From the NCBI GenBank assembly GCA_040905565.1, contig JBBDRF010000092.1:1-64000 (forward strand): a stretch of DNA of 64,000 bases, given 5' to 3'. The DNA is from Phycisphaeraceae bacterium. Its GTDB lineage: Bacteria > Planctomycetota > Phycisphaerae > Phycisphaerales > Zrk34. The position numbers and the translations under genes are program-made. Below the pieces are notes generated by a model. That model was not told the origin of the DNA, searched no databases, and saw only the letters and a program-made list of their open reading frames with translations. Of this stretch, positions 9,945 through 19,499 are shown piece after piece; position 1 is the stretch's first letter, and each line of letters begins with the position of its first letter.

Positions 9945-11720
9945 ATGCAAGGCATCCTGAGCACATTGATCGATGAGCAGGTGCTGACGCGCGAAGCCGC
10001 TCGCATGGTCCCGGGCCTCTGCGACGAAGGCCGATCGCTCGATCAGGCCGTCCGCGAAGCCGGCGCCGACGAAAAGCAACTGCTCAACTGCCTCGGCCGC
10101 CAGCTCGGCCTCCTCGTGATTGAAGACGTTGAGCAGGAGATTGCCGACGAAGGTCTACTCCAGCAATTCCCCGCAAAACTGTTACTTGAGCGTCAACTTC
10201 TGCCCCTTCGGCTCACGGAAGAGCGCGCGGTGGTCGTGGCGACCGGCCGAGGGATGGACCTGTCCGCTGTCGACGAGTTGCGTGTGATCGGCGGGCGGGA
10301 TGTGGAGATCGCCCTCGCGCCTTCGGCCGATGTCGAACGTGTCCTCCGCGAACGCCTCGGCGTCGGGGCCGACACCATCCAAAGCCTCAACGCCGACAAC
10401 GGCATCGAGGTGCTCGACGAGAACGCAGCCGGCGACGACATCGACTTAGAGTCTGCCGCTGAAGACGCTTCGATCATCCGCTTTGTCAATCAGATTCTCA
10501 CCGAAGCCATCCGACTTCGTGCCACCGATGTTCACTTCGAACCGTTCGAACACGAACTCCGCGTCCGCTACCGGGTCGATGGCGTGCTCGTGGAAGCGAA
10601 CATCCCCACAAGCGTTGGCCGTTTCCGCGCCGCCATCGTCTCCCGCCTGAAAATCCTCGCCCACCTGGACATCGCAGAAAAACGCCTGCCGCAGGACGGC
10701 CGCATCAAACTCAAAATGGCGGGCAACGAGATTGACGTCCGCGTTTCTGTCATCCCCATGCTCCACGGCGAAGCGGTCGTCCTCCGCATCCTCGACCGCA
10801 GCGCGACCATGTTCGGCCTGCAGCACCTGGGCATGGGCGACCGTGATCACCACCACTTCGAACGCGTCCTCCATCAGCCCCACGGCATCGTCCTGGTCAC
10901 CGGGCCCACAGGCTCAGGCAAAACCACCACGCTCTACGCCGGCCTCTCCCGCATCAACGAGATCGAACGCAAGATCATCACCATCGAAGATCCGATCGAG
11001 TACCAGCTCCACGGCGTCAACCAGATTCAGGTCTCCGACAAGACCGGCATGACCTTCGCCAAGGGCCTGCGCGCCATCCTCCGCCACGACCCCGACGTCG
11101 TCCTGGTCGGCGAAATCCGCGACAAAGAAACCGCACAGATTGCGGTGCAGGCCTCGCTCACCGGCCACCTTGTTTTTTCAACGCTTCATACGAACGACGC
11201 CCCCGGCGCCCTCACGCGGCTCGTGGAAATGGGCGTCGAACCGTACCTCGTGGCCTCATCGCTGGAGATGGTGATCGCCCAACGGCTCGTCCGCCTGATC
11301 TGTGAGGAATGCAAAGAAGAGATCACGCTCGACGATGCGGCCCTGCTGCGTGAGCGTCACAACATCGATCTGCCCGATCGCCTGTGGGTCGGCCGTGGTT
11401 GCCGGGCGTGCAGCGAGACCGGCTACCGGGGGCGAAAGGGGATCTTTGAGATGATGCCCGTGAACGATCGCATCCGCGCGATGGTGCTGGAGAATCGCTC
11501 CTCGCGTGAGATTCGCCGGGCTGCTGAGGAGGACGGCATGAGCAGCCTTCGCACTGATGGGTGGCGGCTGGTGCGGGCGGGCATCACCACACTCGAAGAA
11601 GTCATGCGGGTGACGAAGGACGAGGCTGCCTCGCAGGCGTCCGCCGCCGCTGCTTCCAACGGCACCACCGATCACGATGACGACACCGACGATGTACTCG
11701 GTGCCTGGGAGCAACGCTAA
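9945..11720 (+). CDS. gspE: type II secretion / pilus assembly ATPase (GspE/PilB family)
   Basis: Walker [39 protein letters not shown], two CxxC pairs; start uncertain. Confidence 0.92.
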   Translation: MQGILSTLIDEQVLTREAARMVPGLCDEGRSLDQAVREAGADEKQLLNCLGRQLGLLVIEDVEQEIADEGLLQQFPAKLLLERQLLPLRLTEERAVVVATGRGMDLSAVDELRVIGGRDVEIALAPSADVERVLRERLGVGADTIQSLNADNGIEVLDENAAGDDIDLESAAEDASIIRFVNQILTEAIRLRATDVHFEPFEHELRVRYRVDGVLVEANIPTSVGRFRAAIVSRLKILAHLDIAEKRLPQDGRIKLKMAGNEIDVRVSVIPMLHGEAVVLRILDRSATMFGLQHLGMGDRDHHHFERVLHQPHGIVLVTGPTGSGKTTTLYAGLSRINEIERKIITIEDPIEYQLHGVNQIQVSDKTGMTFAKGLRAILRHDPDVVLVGEIRDKETAQIAVQASLTGHLVFSTLHTNDAPGALTRLVEMGVEPYLVASSLEMVIAQRLVRLICEECKEEITLDDAALLRERHNIDLPDRLWVGRGCRACSETGYRGRKGIFEMMPVNDRIRAMVLENRSSREIRRAAEEDGMSSLRTDGWRLVRAGITTLEEVMRVTKDEAASQASAAAASNGTTDHDDDTDDVLGAWEQR

Positions 11721-11744
11721 GCGACCTTCGTTGAGCGTGTCACT

Positions 11745-12974
11745 ATGCCGAACTTTCAATACCTGGCACTGGATGGAACCGGCAAGCAGAAGGAGGGCAT
11801 GCTCTCTGCTGCGGGGCGACTCGCCGCCATCGAACAGCTCGAAGGCAAGGGCTTGCATCCTGTCAGTGTCGACGAAAAACAGCACGGTCAGGGTGGCTTC
11901 AAGTGGCCCTGGCAGGCCGGCGGCGACGGGATGGGCAAAGTGTCGCGCGCTGCTGCTGAATCGTTCACGCGGGAACTGGGCAACCTGTTGGCGGGCGGTG
12001 TGTCGCTTAGTCGGTCGCTCGAAATCCTCGGCCGAGAAGGCGCTTCCGATGCTGCGAAGAAGCAGTGGCGACAGGTTCGCGACGACGTGATGGACGGCGT
12101 CAGCCTCGCCGAGGCGATGGACCGCCTGCCGGGCACCTTCACCGATGTCAACGTTGCGATGGTGCGGGCCGGCGAAGCGGGGGGGTTCCTCGACGTCGTC
12201 CTCTCGCAGATCGCCGAGTTTCGCGCCCGTGAGCGGGACCTCATCGGCAAAGTGCGGGCGGCGATGGTCTACCCCGCCATCCTCACCGTGATGCTTGGCC
12301 TCGTGGTCATCTTTCTGCTGACGTTTTTCATCCCGCGTTTCATGACGATCTTCGAAGACTTCGGCGAGCAACTGCCCGCGCTCACCCTCGCGATCGTCGG
12401 GCTCAGCAACATCCTCCTGAGCTACGGCTGGGCCGTCGCCATCGCCGTCGTCGCCGCCGTCTGGTTCGGTCGTCAGTGGGCCGCCACGGAAACAGGGCGA
12501 CGCAAAGTCGAGCGCGTCCTGCTGAAGACGCCGGGCATCGGCGTGGTGCTCTCACGCTTCGCACTCGTGCGTTTCAGCCGCATGCTCGGCACGCTGCTGG
12601 GGGCGGGTGTTCCGCTCGTCCGCGCTCTGCAGGTCGCCCGTGAAGCGATCGGCAACCAGACGCTCAGCGATGCCGTGCGTGAAGCGACCGAGCAGGTTCA
12701 GGCCGGTGAAAGCCTCGCGCGCAGCCTCGGCCAGTGCGAGCAGCTGTTCCCGCCTTCGGTGATTGAGATGGTCGCCGTGGCTGAGGAGACCGGACGGCTT
12801 GATAAGGAACTCATGCGGCTTGCCCTCACGTACGAGGACGACCTCGACCGGCAGCTTCGCATGCTTGTCGCGATGGTCGAGCCGCTGCTGCTTTTTGTCA
12901 TGGCGGCCATCGTCGGCACCATCGTCGTCGGCATGCTTCTGCCCGTCTTCACGCTTCAGGACATGATTCAATAA
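11745..12974 (+). CDS. gspF: T2SS inner-membrane platform protein
   Basis: MVRAGEAGG, AMVYP, AEETGRLD and VEPLL motifs; three TM segments. Confidence 0.92.
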   Translation: MPNFQYLALDGTGKQKEGMLSAAGRLAAIEQLEGKGLHPVSVDEKQHGQGGFKWPWQAGGDGMGKVSRAAAESFTRELGNLLAGGVSLSRSLEILGREGASDAAKKQWRQVRDDVMDGVSLAEAMDRLPGTFTDVNVAMVRAGEAGGFLDVVLSQIAEFRARERDLIGKVRAAMVYPAILTVMLGLVVIFLLTFFIPRFMTIFEDFGEQLPALTLAIVGLSNILLSYGWAVAIAVVAAVWFGRQWAATETGRRKVERVLLKTPGIGVVLSRFALVRFSRMLGTLLGAGVPLVRALQVAREAIGNQTLSDAVREATEQVQAGESLARSLGQCEQLFPPSVIEMVAVAEETGRLDKELMRLALTYEDDLDRQLRMLVAMVEPLLLFVMAAIVGTIVVGMLLPVFTLQDMIQ

Positions 12975-13027
12975 CGTTCGATCCCAGTCGGCCTCGCGGC
13001 CGCGTTCGCACCCACGGAGTCCTCCAC

Positions 13028-13465
13028 ATGATCGCATCTCGCTCAACGTTTCCTGTTCCCCGCCGCGGCTTCTCGCTAATCGAACTGCTGCTGGTGCTGG
13101 TGATTCTCGCTGTGCTCGCAGCCGTGGTCGCCCCGCGTTTTGCTTCACGTTCGGAGCAGGCGCGTGAGACCGCCGCCATGACCGACATCAGCAATCTCGA
13201 AACAGCACTCGGCACCTTCGAAGTCGACAACGGCCGCTACCCCAGCAACGACGAAGGCCTCCGCGCCCTCGTCGAAGAACCCAACAATCTGGATACCTGG
13301 CGCGGCCCCTACATCCGCCGAGGCGTCCCGAACGACCCCTGGGGCAACGAATACGTCTACCGCTATCCCGGCCAGAACAACGAATACACCTACGACCTCT
13401 CATCCCGCGGCGCCGACGGTCAGGAAGGCACCGACGACGACATCACCAACTGGGCGACCGATTGA
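13028..13465 (+). CDS. gspG: major pseudopilin
   Basis: Class III signal G/FSLIELLLV; GRYPS, WRGPY and DPWGNEYVY motifs. Confidence 0.93.
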   Translation: MIASRSTFPVPRRGFSLIELLLVLVILAVLAAVVAPRFASRSEQARETAAMTDISNLETALGTFEVDNGRYPSNDEGLRALVEEPNNLDTWRGPYIRRGVPNDPWGNEYVYRYPGQNNEYTYDLSSRGADGQEGTDDDITNWATD

Positions 13466-13509
13466 TCCCGTTAGCGGTCGCTCGCAGATCGCCGTCGGCT
13501 TTATCCATC

Positions 13510-14022
13510 ATGCACAGATGCACCCCACAACTCCGCCCCCAATCGCTCGGCTTCTCGCTGCTGGAGATGGTGGCGGTGTTGATGGTGATCGCTGTCGCCC
13601 TTGCCGTGGCTGCTCCGAGCTTAAGCGGCTTCGCCGAGGGCCGCCGCACCACCGACACCGCCCGATCGCTGACCGCGCTCGCGGGGTGGGCGCGGTCGCA
13701 GGCGGTGAGCGAAGGGCGGATGTATCGGCTGCATGTGGATGTCGACGCGCGGCAGTACTTCGTCACCGCTGAGACGGGCGGGACGTTTGAGCCGGTGGAA
13801 TCAACGCTCGGCCAACCAGTCGACCTGCCCGACCGCGTCACCGTGACATGGGAGGAGCCCGAGCAGGTGCGAGAAGCCGGCTACGTCACCTTCTATCCCA
13901 CCGGCCGGCTCACCCCGGCGACGCTTCTGCTGGAGGAAGCCAGCGGCATCCGCACGCGTGTCCGGGCTGTGAGTGTGACCGACCGTTTCGCCGTCGTCAG
14001 CAGCAGTGGGGGGCCGCGATGA
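13510..14022 (+). CDS. gspH: minor pseudopilin GspH/FimT-like
   Basis: G/FSLLEMVAVL prepilin motif; ARSQAV and VTFYPTG. Confidence 0.75.
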   Translation: MHRCTPQLRPQSLGFSLLEMVAVLMVIAVALAVAAPSLSGFAEGRRTTDTARSLTALAGWARSQAVSEGRMYRLHVDVDARQYFVTAETGGTFEPVESTLGQPVDLPDRVTVTWEEPEQVREAGYVTFYPTGRLTPATLLLEEASGIRTRVRAVSVTDRFAVVSSSGGPR

Positions 14023-14420
14023 ACCGCCGAGCTTTTACGTTGATCGAAGCCTTGGCAACGCTGGTGTTCATCGGCATCGTGCTGCCTGCGGTGATGGGGG
14101 CGGTCTCAGTCGCCACCCGAGCGGCCAGTGTCGCCACCAGTCGGGTCGAAGCGACCATGCTCGCTGAGAGCAAGCTGGAGGAAATCCTCGTCACCCAAAG
14201 CTGGGAAGACGGCGACGCTGAGGGCGACTTCACCGAATCCCCCTCAGGTCAAACCCTCGCCGAGCAGCGAAGCGGTGACGGCTCAACCTATCGCTGGGAA
14301 CTGCTGGTGGAAGACGGCCCCGACCTCACGATGCAGCAGCTGCGTCTGCGTGTGACCTGGGAACGGCGCGGCCACGGTTATGACGTTGAACTGGTGACAC
14401 TGGTAAGGGCGGTGGAATGA
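14019..14420 (+). CDS. gspI: minor pseudopilin GspI-like
   Basis: RRA/FTLIEAL prepilin motif; YRW; ATGA overlap with upstream gene. Confidence 0.72.
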   Translation: MNRRAFTLIEALATLVFIGIVLPAVMGAVSVATRAASVATSRVEATMLAESKLEEILVTQSWEDGDAEGDFTESPSGQTLAEQRSGDGSTYRWELLVEDGPDLTMQQLRLRVTWERRGHGYDVELVTLVRAVE

Positions 14421-15124
14421 TGATCCGCGACGCCAGGGGATTAACGCTCATGGAGGTCGTCGTGGCGATGGTGGTCGTCAGTCTGATGATGGCCGCCCTG
14501 TACGCCGGGTTCGCTGCCGCGTTGTCCGCTCAGCGCAGCGGGCGCGATGCGGTGCAGCGGCTGCAGGGCGTGAGCGAAGCGATGCGGTTTTTGCAGGCTG
14601 ATCTACAAGGCACGATGCAGCCCGGCCGGGCGATCGGCGGACAGTGGATCACCGAGAACACCGAAGACGCCACGCTCTCGCAGCTCACCCTCCGCAGCAA
14701 CGTGGGCGATGTCGCCATCGACTACGCCGGCCTCACCACCAGCGACCTCGGCGGCGGCGTGGCCATCGGTGAATCCGAACCGCGCGGCGGCGATGTGCAG
14801 GAAATCAACTGGTCACTCCGCCCACGCGGCGACGGCTATGACCTCGTTCGAGGCACGACGAGAAACCTGCTCACCACCGAAGCGGTCACCTTCAACGAAC
14901 GCATCATCCTGCAAAATATTCAAACCATCGAACTGCGTTACTACGACGGTCAGGAGTGGCGCAATGAATGGGAATCGGATTTGGAGGGCGAGGCGCTTCC
15001 CGCTGCGGTGGAGATCATCATCGAGCTCGCCGAGGCCCCCGGTGCGGCCGGCCGCCGCTTCGCCAGCGTCGTCCGTCTGCCGATGAGCACCATGACCGAA
15101 GACGGCGGGGGCCTCCCGCGATGA
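14417..15124 (+). CDS. gspJ: minor pseudopilin GspJ-like
   Basis: G/LTLMEVVV prepilin motif; YYDGQEWRNEW...LPAAVEI C-terminus. Confidence 0.8.
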   Translation: MMIRDARGLTLMEVVVAMVVVSLMMAALYAGFAAALSAQRSGRDAVQRLQGVSEAMRFLQADLQGTMQPGRAIGGQWITENTEDATLSQLTLRSNVGDVAIDYAGLTTSDLGGGVAIGESEPRGGDVQEINWSLRPRGDGYDLVRGTTRNLLTTEAVTFNERIILQNIQTIELRYYDGQEWRNEWESDLEGEALPAAVEIIIELAEAPGAAGRRFASVVRLPMSTMTEDGGGLPR

Positions 15125-16644
15125 TGCCTTGCCAGCCCATCCAGCAGGCGCGCACGATCGCACGGCCGTCGCATCGGCAGCGGGGCGTGGCGCTCGTTCT
15201 CACGTTGCTCATCTGCATCGTGCTCGTCAGTCTCGCGCTGACCTACGGCCGCGCGATGCGCGTCGAGCTTCAAGCCGCTGCGAACTACCAGGCCTCGGCC
15301 GAGGCGACGGCCGTGGCGCGCGGGGCCGTCGAAGCGGTACTCGTCATGGGCGACGATGTGCCGGTCGAAGCTGTCGACATCGGCGAGGGCACGTTCTGGA
15401 TTATCCGGCCCAACTACGACGACGATCGCACCCACGCCTTCGGACTGGTCGACGAAGGCGGCAAGATCAATCTCAACGTCGCCGACCGCGAAACCCTCGA
15501 AAAGCTGCCCCTGATGGATGATCAACTCGCCAGCGCCGTCCTCGAATGGCGCGGAGACACCGGCGGCGGCGATGCGGAAGGTGACGAGGACAGCGAGGGC
15601 GACGCCCCGGCGGGCGGTCTCGTCGGCGGCGGCGAGATCAAGGGTGAACCTTTCGAAAGCGTCGCTGAACTGCTGATGATCCACCGATTCACGCCCATCG
15701 TCGTCTTCGGCGAGGACGCCAATCGCAACGGCATCCTGGACGCCAACGAAGACGACGGCGACACCCTCTCCCCGCCCGACCACAGCGACGGCCGTCTCCA
15801 CCGCGGGCTCTGGGATTTTGTCACCATCTGGTCACGTCCACCGCCCGCGCCCCAGGCTGCCGATCTCGCTGACGATGACGATGACGAAGGCCTCGGACTC
15901 GAGGAGACGCCCGACGCGCCAGGCGGCTCAGTCAACGTGGACGTCAACTCCTCCAGCAGTTCCACGATCCGCCGGGCGATCGAGCCGGTGTTCGGCGAGG
16001 CGCGGGCGGGTGAAATTGCCTCCCGCATCCGCAGCACCCGGCCGCACCGCAACATCATCGACCTGATGTACAACGCCCAGATCACCGCGGAAGAGCTGGT
16101 CACTATCGAATCTCTTCTGAGCGTCGGTCGAAGCCGTGGGGGCGGCGGCGGTGGTGGTGGTGGTAGAGGTGGGGGGGGTGGGGCGATTGTGAACATCAAC
16201 ACCGCCCCGCGTGCCGTGCTCGCCGCACTGCCGGGCCTTGACGAAGCCGATGCCGACGCCCTGATCGCCCATCGCGAATCAGGCGGCCTTACCGATCCGC
16301 AAGACACGCTCGAAGCCATGGCTACCGGCGACGTGATGGCCTCCGTCGCCTGGATCACACAAGTGCTCGAACGCGAAAAAGCGATCCGCGTCGGCGATGT
16401 CGCCACCACGCGAAGTTTTGTGCGATCTGCAGATATTGTCGCAGTAAATTCCGACGGTCGTGCGTTTGAAAGAATACGTATTGTCGTTGACTTCTCCGAG
16501 GGCGACGGCCGCCTGCTTGCGTGGCAACGGCTGACGCACCTCGGCTGGCCCCTGCCACGCGATTGGCAACAGCAGTTACGCGACGGCACCGCAGGGACCG
16601 ACCTTCAGACCGAACGCAGCAGCGGAGTGACCGGATGGCAATAA
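15121..16644 (+). CDS. gspK: pseudopilin GspK-like
   Basis: RG/VALVLTL without Glu5; DEGGKINLN; HhH-like VNINTA...LPGL; acidic GEDANRNGILDANEDDG insert. Confidence 0.82.
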   Translation: MMPCQPIQQARTIARPSHRQRGVALVLTLLICIVLVSLALTYGRAMRVELQAAANYQASAEATAVARGAVEAVLVMGDDVPVEAVDIGEGTFWIIRPNYDDDRTHAFGLVDEGGKINLNVADRETLEKLPLMDDQLASAVLEWRGDTGGGDAEGDEDSEGDAPAGGLVGGGEIKGEPFESVAELLMIHRFTPIVVFGEDANRNGILDANEDDGDTLSPPDHSDGRLHRGLWDFVTIWSRPPPAPQAADLADDDDDEGLGLEETPDAPGGSVNVDVNSSSSSTIRRAIEPVFGEARAGEIASRIRSTRPHRNIIDLMYNAQITAEELVTIESLLSVGRSRGGGGGGGGGRGGGGGAIVNINTAPRAVLAALPGLDEADADALIAHRESGGLTDPQDTLEAMATGDVMASVAWITQVLEREKAIRVGDVATTRSFVRSADIVAVNSDGRAFERIRIVVDFSEGDGRLLAWQRLTHLGWPLPRDWQQQLRDGTAGTDLQTERSSGVTGWQ

Positions 16645-18143
16645 GGCGACGACGCATGCTCGGACTCATGCTCAGTGACCGCGCCGTCACCGTGGCTGAG
16701 CTGCGCCTCGGGAGCGATCGCCCCTCGCTACAGAGCGTCACCCGCCTCGCCTTCGACGATCGACTCAGCTGGAATGATCCTGCCGCGATCGGTGCCGCCC
16801 TCGCCCAGCATCTCGCCGAGGCAGACGTAAAAACGCGCCATGCCACGCTCGGGCTGCCCGCCGCGTGGCTGCTCACCCGCTCGCTGATGGTGCCACCGGC
16901 GAAGGGCGAGGTGCTTCGACAGATTGTCGCCACCAAGGCCGAGCGTGCCTTCGCGGGCGGCGGCAAGGAACTGGCGATTGATTACGTTGCCGCCGAGGCG
17001 GGCCGCCGGGGTGCCATGGCTGAGCAATCGGTGCTGCTCATCGCCGCTCAACGTGAACGCGTTACCGCCGCCCGCACGATGGCCGAGTCGGCAGGCCTCC
17101 GCGTCGACGCCGTCACCGCCACCGCCGCCGTTCTCGCCATGATGCACCGCGACCAGCCGCGCGAGACTTCCCGTCGCGCCCTCACGCTTATGCTCAGCGA
17201 GGACGCCCACGAACTCGCCGTCCACACCGGCTCCACCCTTGAAACCATTCGTCCCCTCCGCAAGGTTCCCGCCACCACCCAAGGGGACCCCGGCACGCTC
17301 ATCGCCGATCAGATTCGCCAACTGCGCGTGCTTGCCGGCAGCCCCGCCGACGACGTCAACGACGACGCCGGCCCGAACAGCCTCCTGCTCTGGGACGGTA
17401 TCGGCCTCAGCGCCAGCGGTCGCGACGCCATTGCACACGAGGCCGGCGCCAGCGACATCGACGACGGCAATATCGACCACTGGGTTCACGCCAACGGCTC
17501 CCTCGCCGCCCTCAGCGAGCAAACCGCCGTGGGCCGATACGCCGGCGCCATCGCCCTCGCAGCGGTCGGCCTCGAACGTCCCGACGCCGTCATCGATTGG
17601 CTCCACCCGCGCCTCGCCGCCCCGAAGCGGCAGCGGATCGGCAAGCAGTCGCAAATCGCCATCGCCTTCGCTTCCATCGTCTTGATCCTCGCCCTGGCAG
17701 TCGGCCTGCATTACCGCGCCACCGCCAACGAAGTCGCCTTTCTCGAAACCCAGCTCAGCGCCATGAGCGACGACCTCGCCACCGCCCGCGTGGTCGTCGA
17801 TCGCGTCGCGCTTGCCGAAGGCTGGTTCGCGGATCGGCCCAGCGCGTTGCGTTGCCTCCAGGGCGTGACCGAAGCCTTCGGCGACGAGCCGGGCGTCTGG
17901 GCCACCGAAGTCGCCCTCCAGGAAAACATGAGCGGCAGCGTCGTCGGGGCGGCTGACGACGGCCAGCGCGTGCTCGAAGTCCGCGACCGCATGCAGGCCT
18001 CCCCCCTCTTCGGCAACGTCGCCCTCATCTACATGCGTGAAGCGGGTCGGGCCGGCAGCGGCGAACTCGGCTGGGCCATCGCCTTCGAGTTTCAGCCGAA
18101 CGCAGCCGCCGTTTCGCAGCCGCAGAAAGCGAGCGCTGAATAA
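16635..18143 (+). CDS. GspL/PilM-PilN-like assembly protein
   Basis: Position in cluster; cytoplasmic domain (VLLIAA...AGLRVDAV), one TM, coiled coil and PilN-like C-terminus. Confidence 0.65.
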   Translation: MAIRRRRMLGLMLSDRAVTVAELRLGSDRPSLQSVTRLAFDDRLSWNDPAAIGAALAQHLAEADVKTRHATLGLPAAWLLTRSLMVPPAKGEVLRQIVATKAERAFAGGGKELAIDYVAAEAGRRGAMAEQSVLLIAAQRERVTAARTMAESAGLRVDAVTATAAVLAMMHRDQPRETSRRALTLMLSEDAHELAVHTGSTLETIRPLRKVPATTQGDPGTLIADQIRQLRVLAGSPADDVNDDAGPNSLLLWDGIGLSASGRDAIAHEAGASDIDDGNIDHWVHANGSLAALSEQTAVGRYAGAIALAAVGLERPDAVIDWLHPRLAAPKRQRIGKQSQIAIAFASIVLILALAVGLHYRATANEVAFLETQLSAMSDDLATARVVVDRVALAEGWFADRPSALRCLQGVTEAFGDEPGVWATEVALQENMSGSVVGAADDGQRVLEVRDRMQASPLFGNVALIYMREAGRAGSGELGWAIAFEFQPNAAAVSQPQKASAE

Positions 18144-18715
18144 TGCGAATGAACCGCCGTGAACAGATGCTCGCGCTCGGCGCTGCCGTGGCGATCGGCC
18201 TGCTGGTGCTCGATTCCTATGTCATCAGCCCCATCGCCGAGGCTTACCAGGAACTTGAGGATCGTCGCCTCGTCGCCCTTGAGGAGCTTCGCGACGCCCG
18301 CTCCCTGCTCAACGCCCACCGCGGCGCTCAGCAGCGTTACCGCCACATGATGACAGTCGGCCTCACCGACAACGCCTCCCTCGCCGAGAGTCAGGCCCTG
18401 CACAGCATGCGAAGCTGGGCCGCCGACGCCGATCTCACCCTTGCTTCGATGCAGCCCGACCGCCGCAGCACCACCCGCGTTACGACGGGCTTCGGCGATC
18501 AGAAGGACCGCGAAACATTGAGCGAAATCGAGATCTCCGCCCGCGCCAGCGGCTCACTCGAGTCCATCGCCCAGCTGCTCTATGAACTGGAAACCGCCGA
18601 CGTCCCGGTTCGCGTCAATCGCATCCGCCTTGCCCAGCGCACCGGCGAATCGGACCTCGCCCTCGAATTGCGAGCCTCCACCATCTACCGCGAAACGACG
18701 GAGGCCGACGAATGA
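18143..18715 (+). CDS. GspM/PilO-like protein
   Basis: MNRREQ...TM...coiled coil...GSLESIAQLLYELE; start overlaps upstream stop. Confidence 0.68.
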   Translation: MRMNRREQMLALGAAVAIGLLVLDSYVISPIAEAYQELEDRRLVALEELRDARSLLNAHRGAQQRYRHMMTVGLTDNASLAESQALHSMRSWAADADLTLASMQPDRRSTTRVTTGFGDQKDRETLSEIEISARASGSLESIAQLLYELETADVPVRVNRIRLAQRTGESDLALELRASTIYRETTEADE

Positions 18716-19458
18716 TCTCCCTCCGCGTCACGCTTTTCATGGTTGCCACCATCGCGTTGCTCAGCATCGCCAGCCTCACCCTCGCGCAGCGCAGCGAGCC
18801 GGACACCGCCGACGCCGAACCAACAACGACCACGGCCCCCCGCGACGGAGCGGCCAACGATCCCGACGAAGCGGCGGAAAAGGTGGGGGGGGCAGGGGGG
18901 GTGCAGGCGTATCGGGAGGCGGTGATTTCGGGGAATATCTTCTCCAGGCAGCGGGGGCGTCGTGCCGTGGCATCCAGGCCGGGTCCTGAGCCGCGCGAAC
19001 GTGAGGAGGAGGTCGACCCCGAGCCTGCCACGCCGCCGGATCCCGCCGACAACTTCGCCTTCCGGGGCGTCAGCTACGTCGGGCAAACGCCCCGCGCGTT
19101 CTTCGAAGATCGTCGCACCGGCTCGATTCACATTCTGACGGTCGACGACACGCTTGCCGACCGTCGCATCGTCGCCATCGAACTTGATACCGCCGAAGTC
19201 GCCTTCGAACGCGGCAACGGCGAGGCCGTCGACGATCCCGAAGCAGCGGATCAGCCGCGTCCGCGTGAGCCTTACCGCATCGAACTTGGCTTCACGCTCA
19301 GCGGTGAAGACGCACGCTCCGCCCCAGCAGCCACCCCGTCCCGGCAGACTTCCCGCGACGGTGACGCATCAGACGATCCGGATTCCGAGACGGACGATGG
19401 CGAGCTCTCCATCGAGGAGCGCATGCGCCTTCGTCGCCAACAGCAGCTTAACCAGTGA
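18712..19458 (+). CDS. GspC/PilP-like accessory protein (hypothetical)
   Basis: N-terminal hydrophobic segment; NIF...FRGVSYVG...AFFED...LTVDD pattern; lies just before the secretin. Confidence 0.5.
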   Translation: MISLRVTLFMVATIALLSIASLTLAQRSEPDTADAEPTTTTAPRDGAANDPDEAAEKVGGAGGVQAYREAVISGNIFSRQRGRRAVASRPGPEPREREEEVDPEPATPPDPADNFAFRGVSYVGQTPRAFFEDRRTGSIHILTVDDTLADRRIVAIELDTAEVAFERGNGEAVDDPEAADQPRPREPYRIELGFTLSGEDARSAPAATPSRQTSRDGDASDDPDSETDDGELSIEERMRLRRQQQLNQ

Positions 19459-19499
19459 ATACGAAACTCTCGGGGGGAGAGCCGATAAAGGATGGACGC

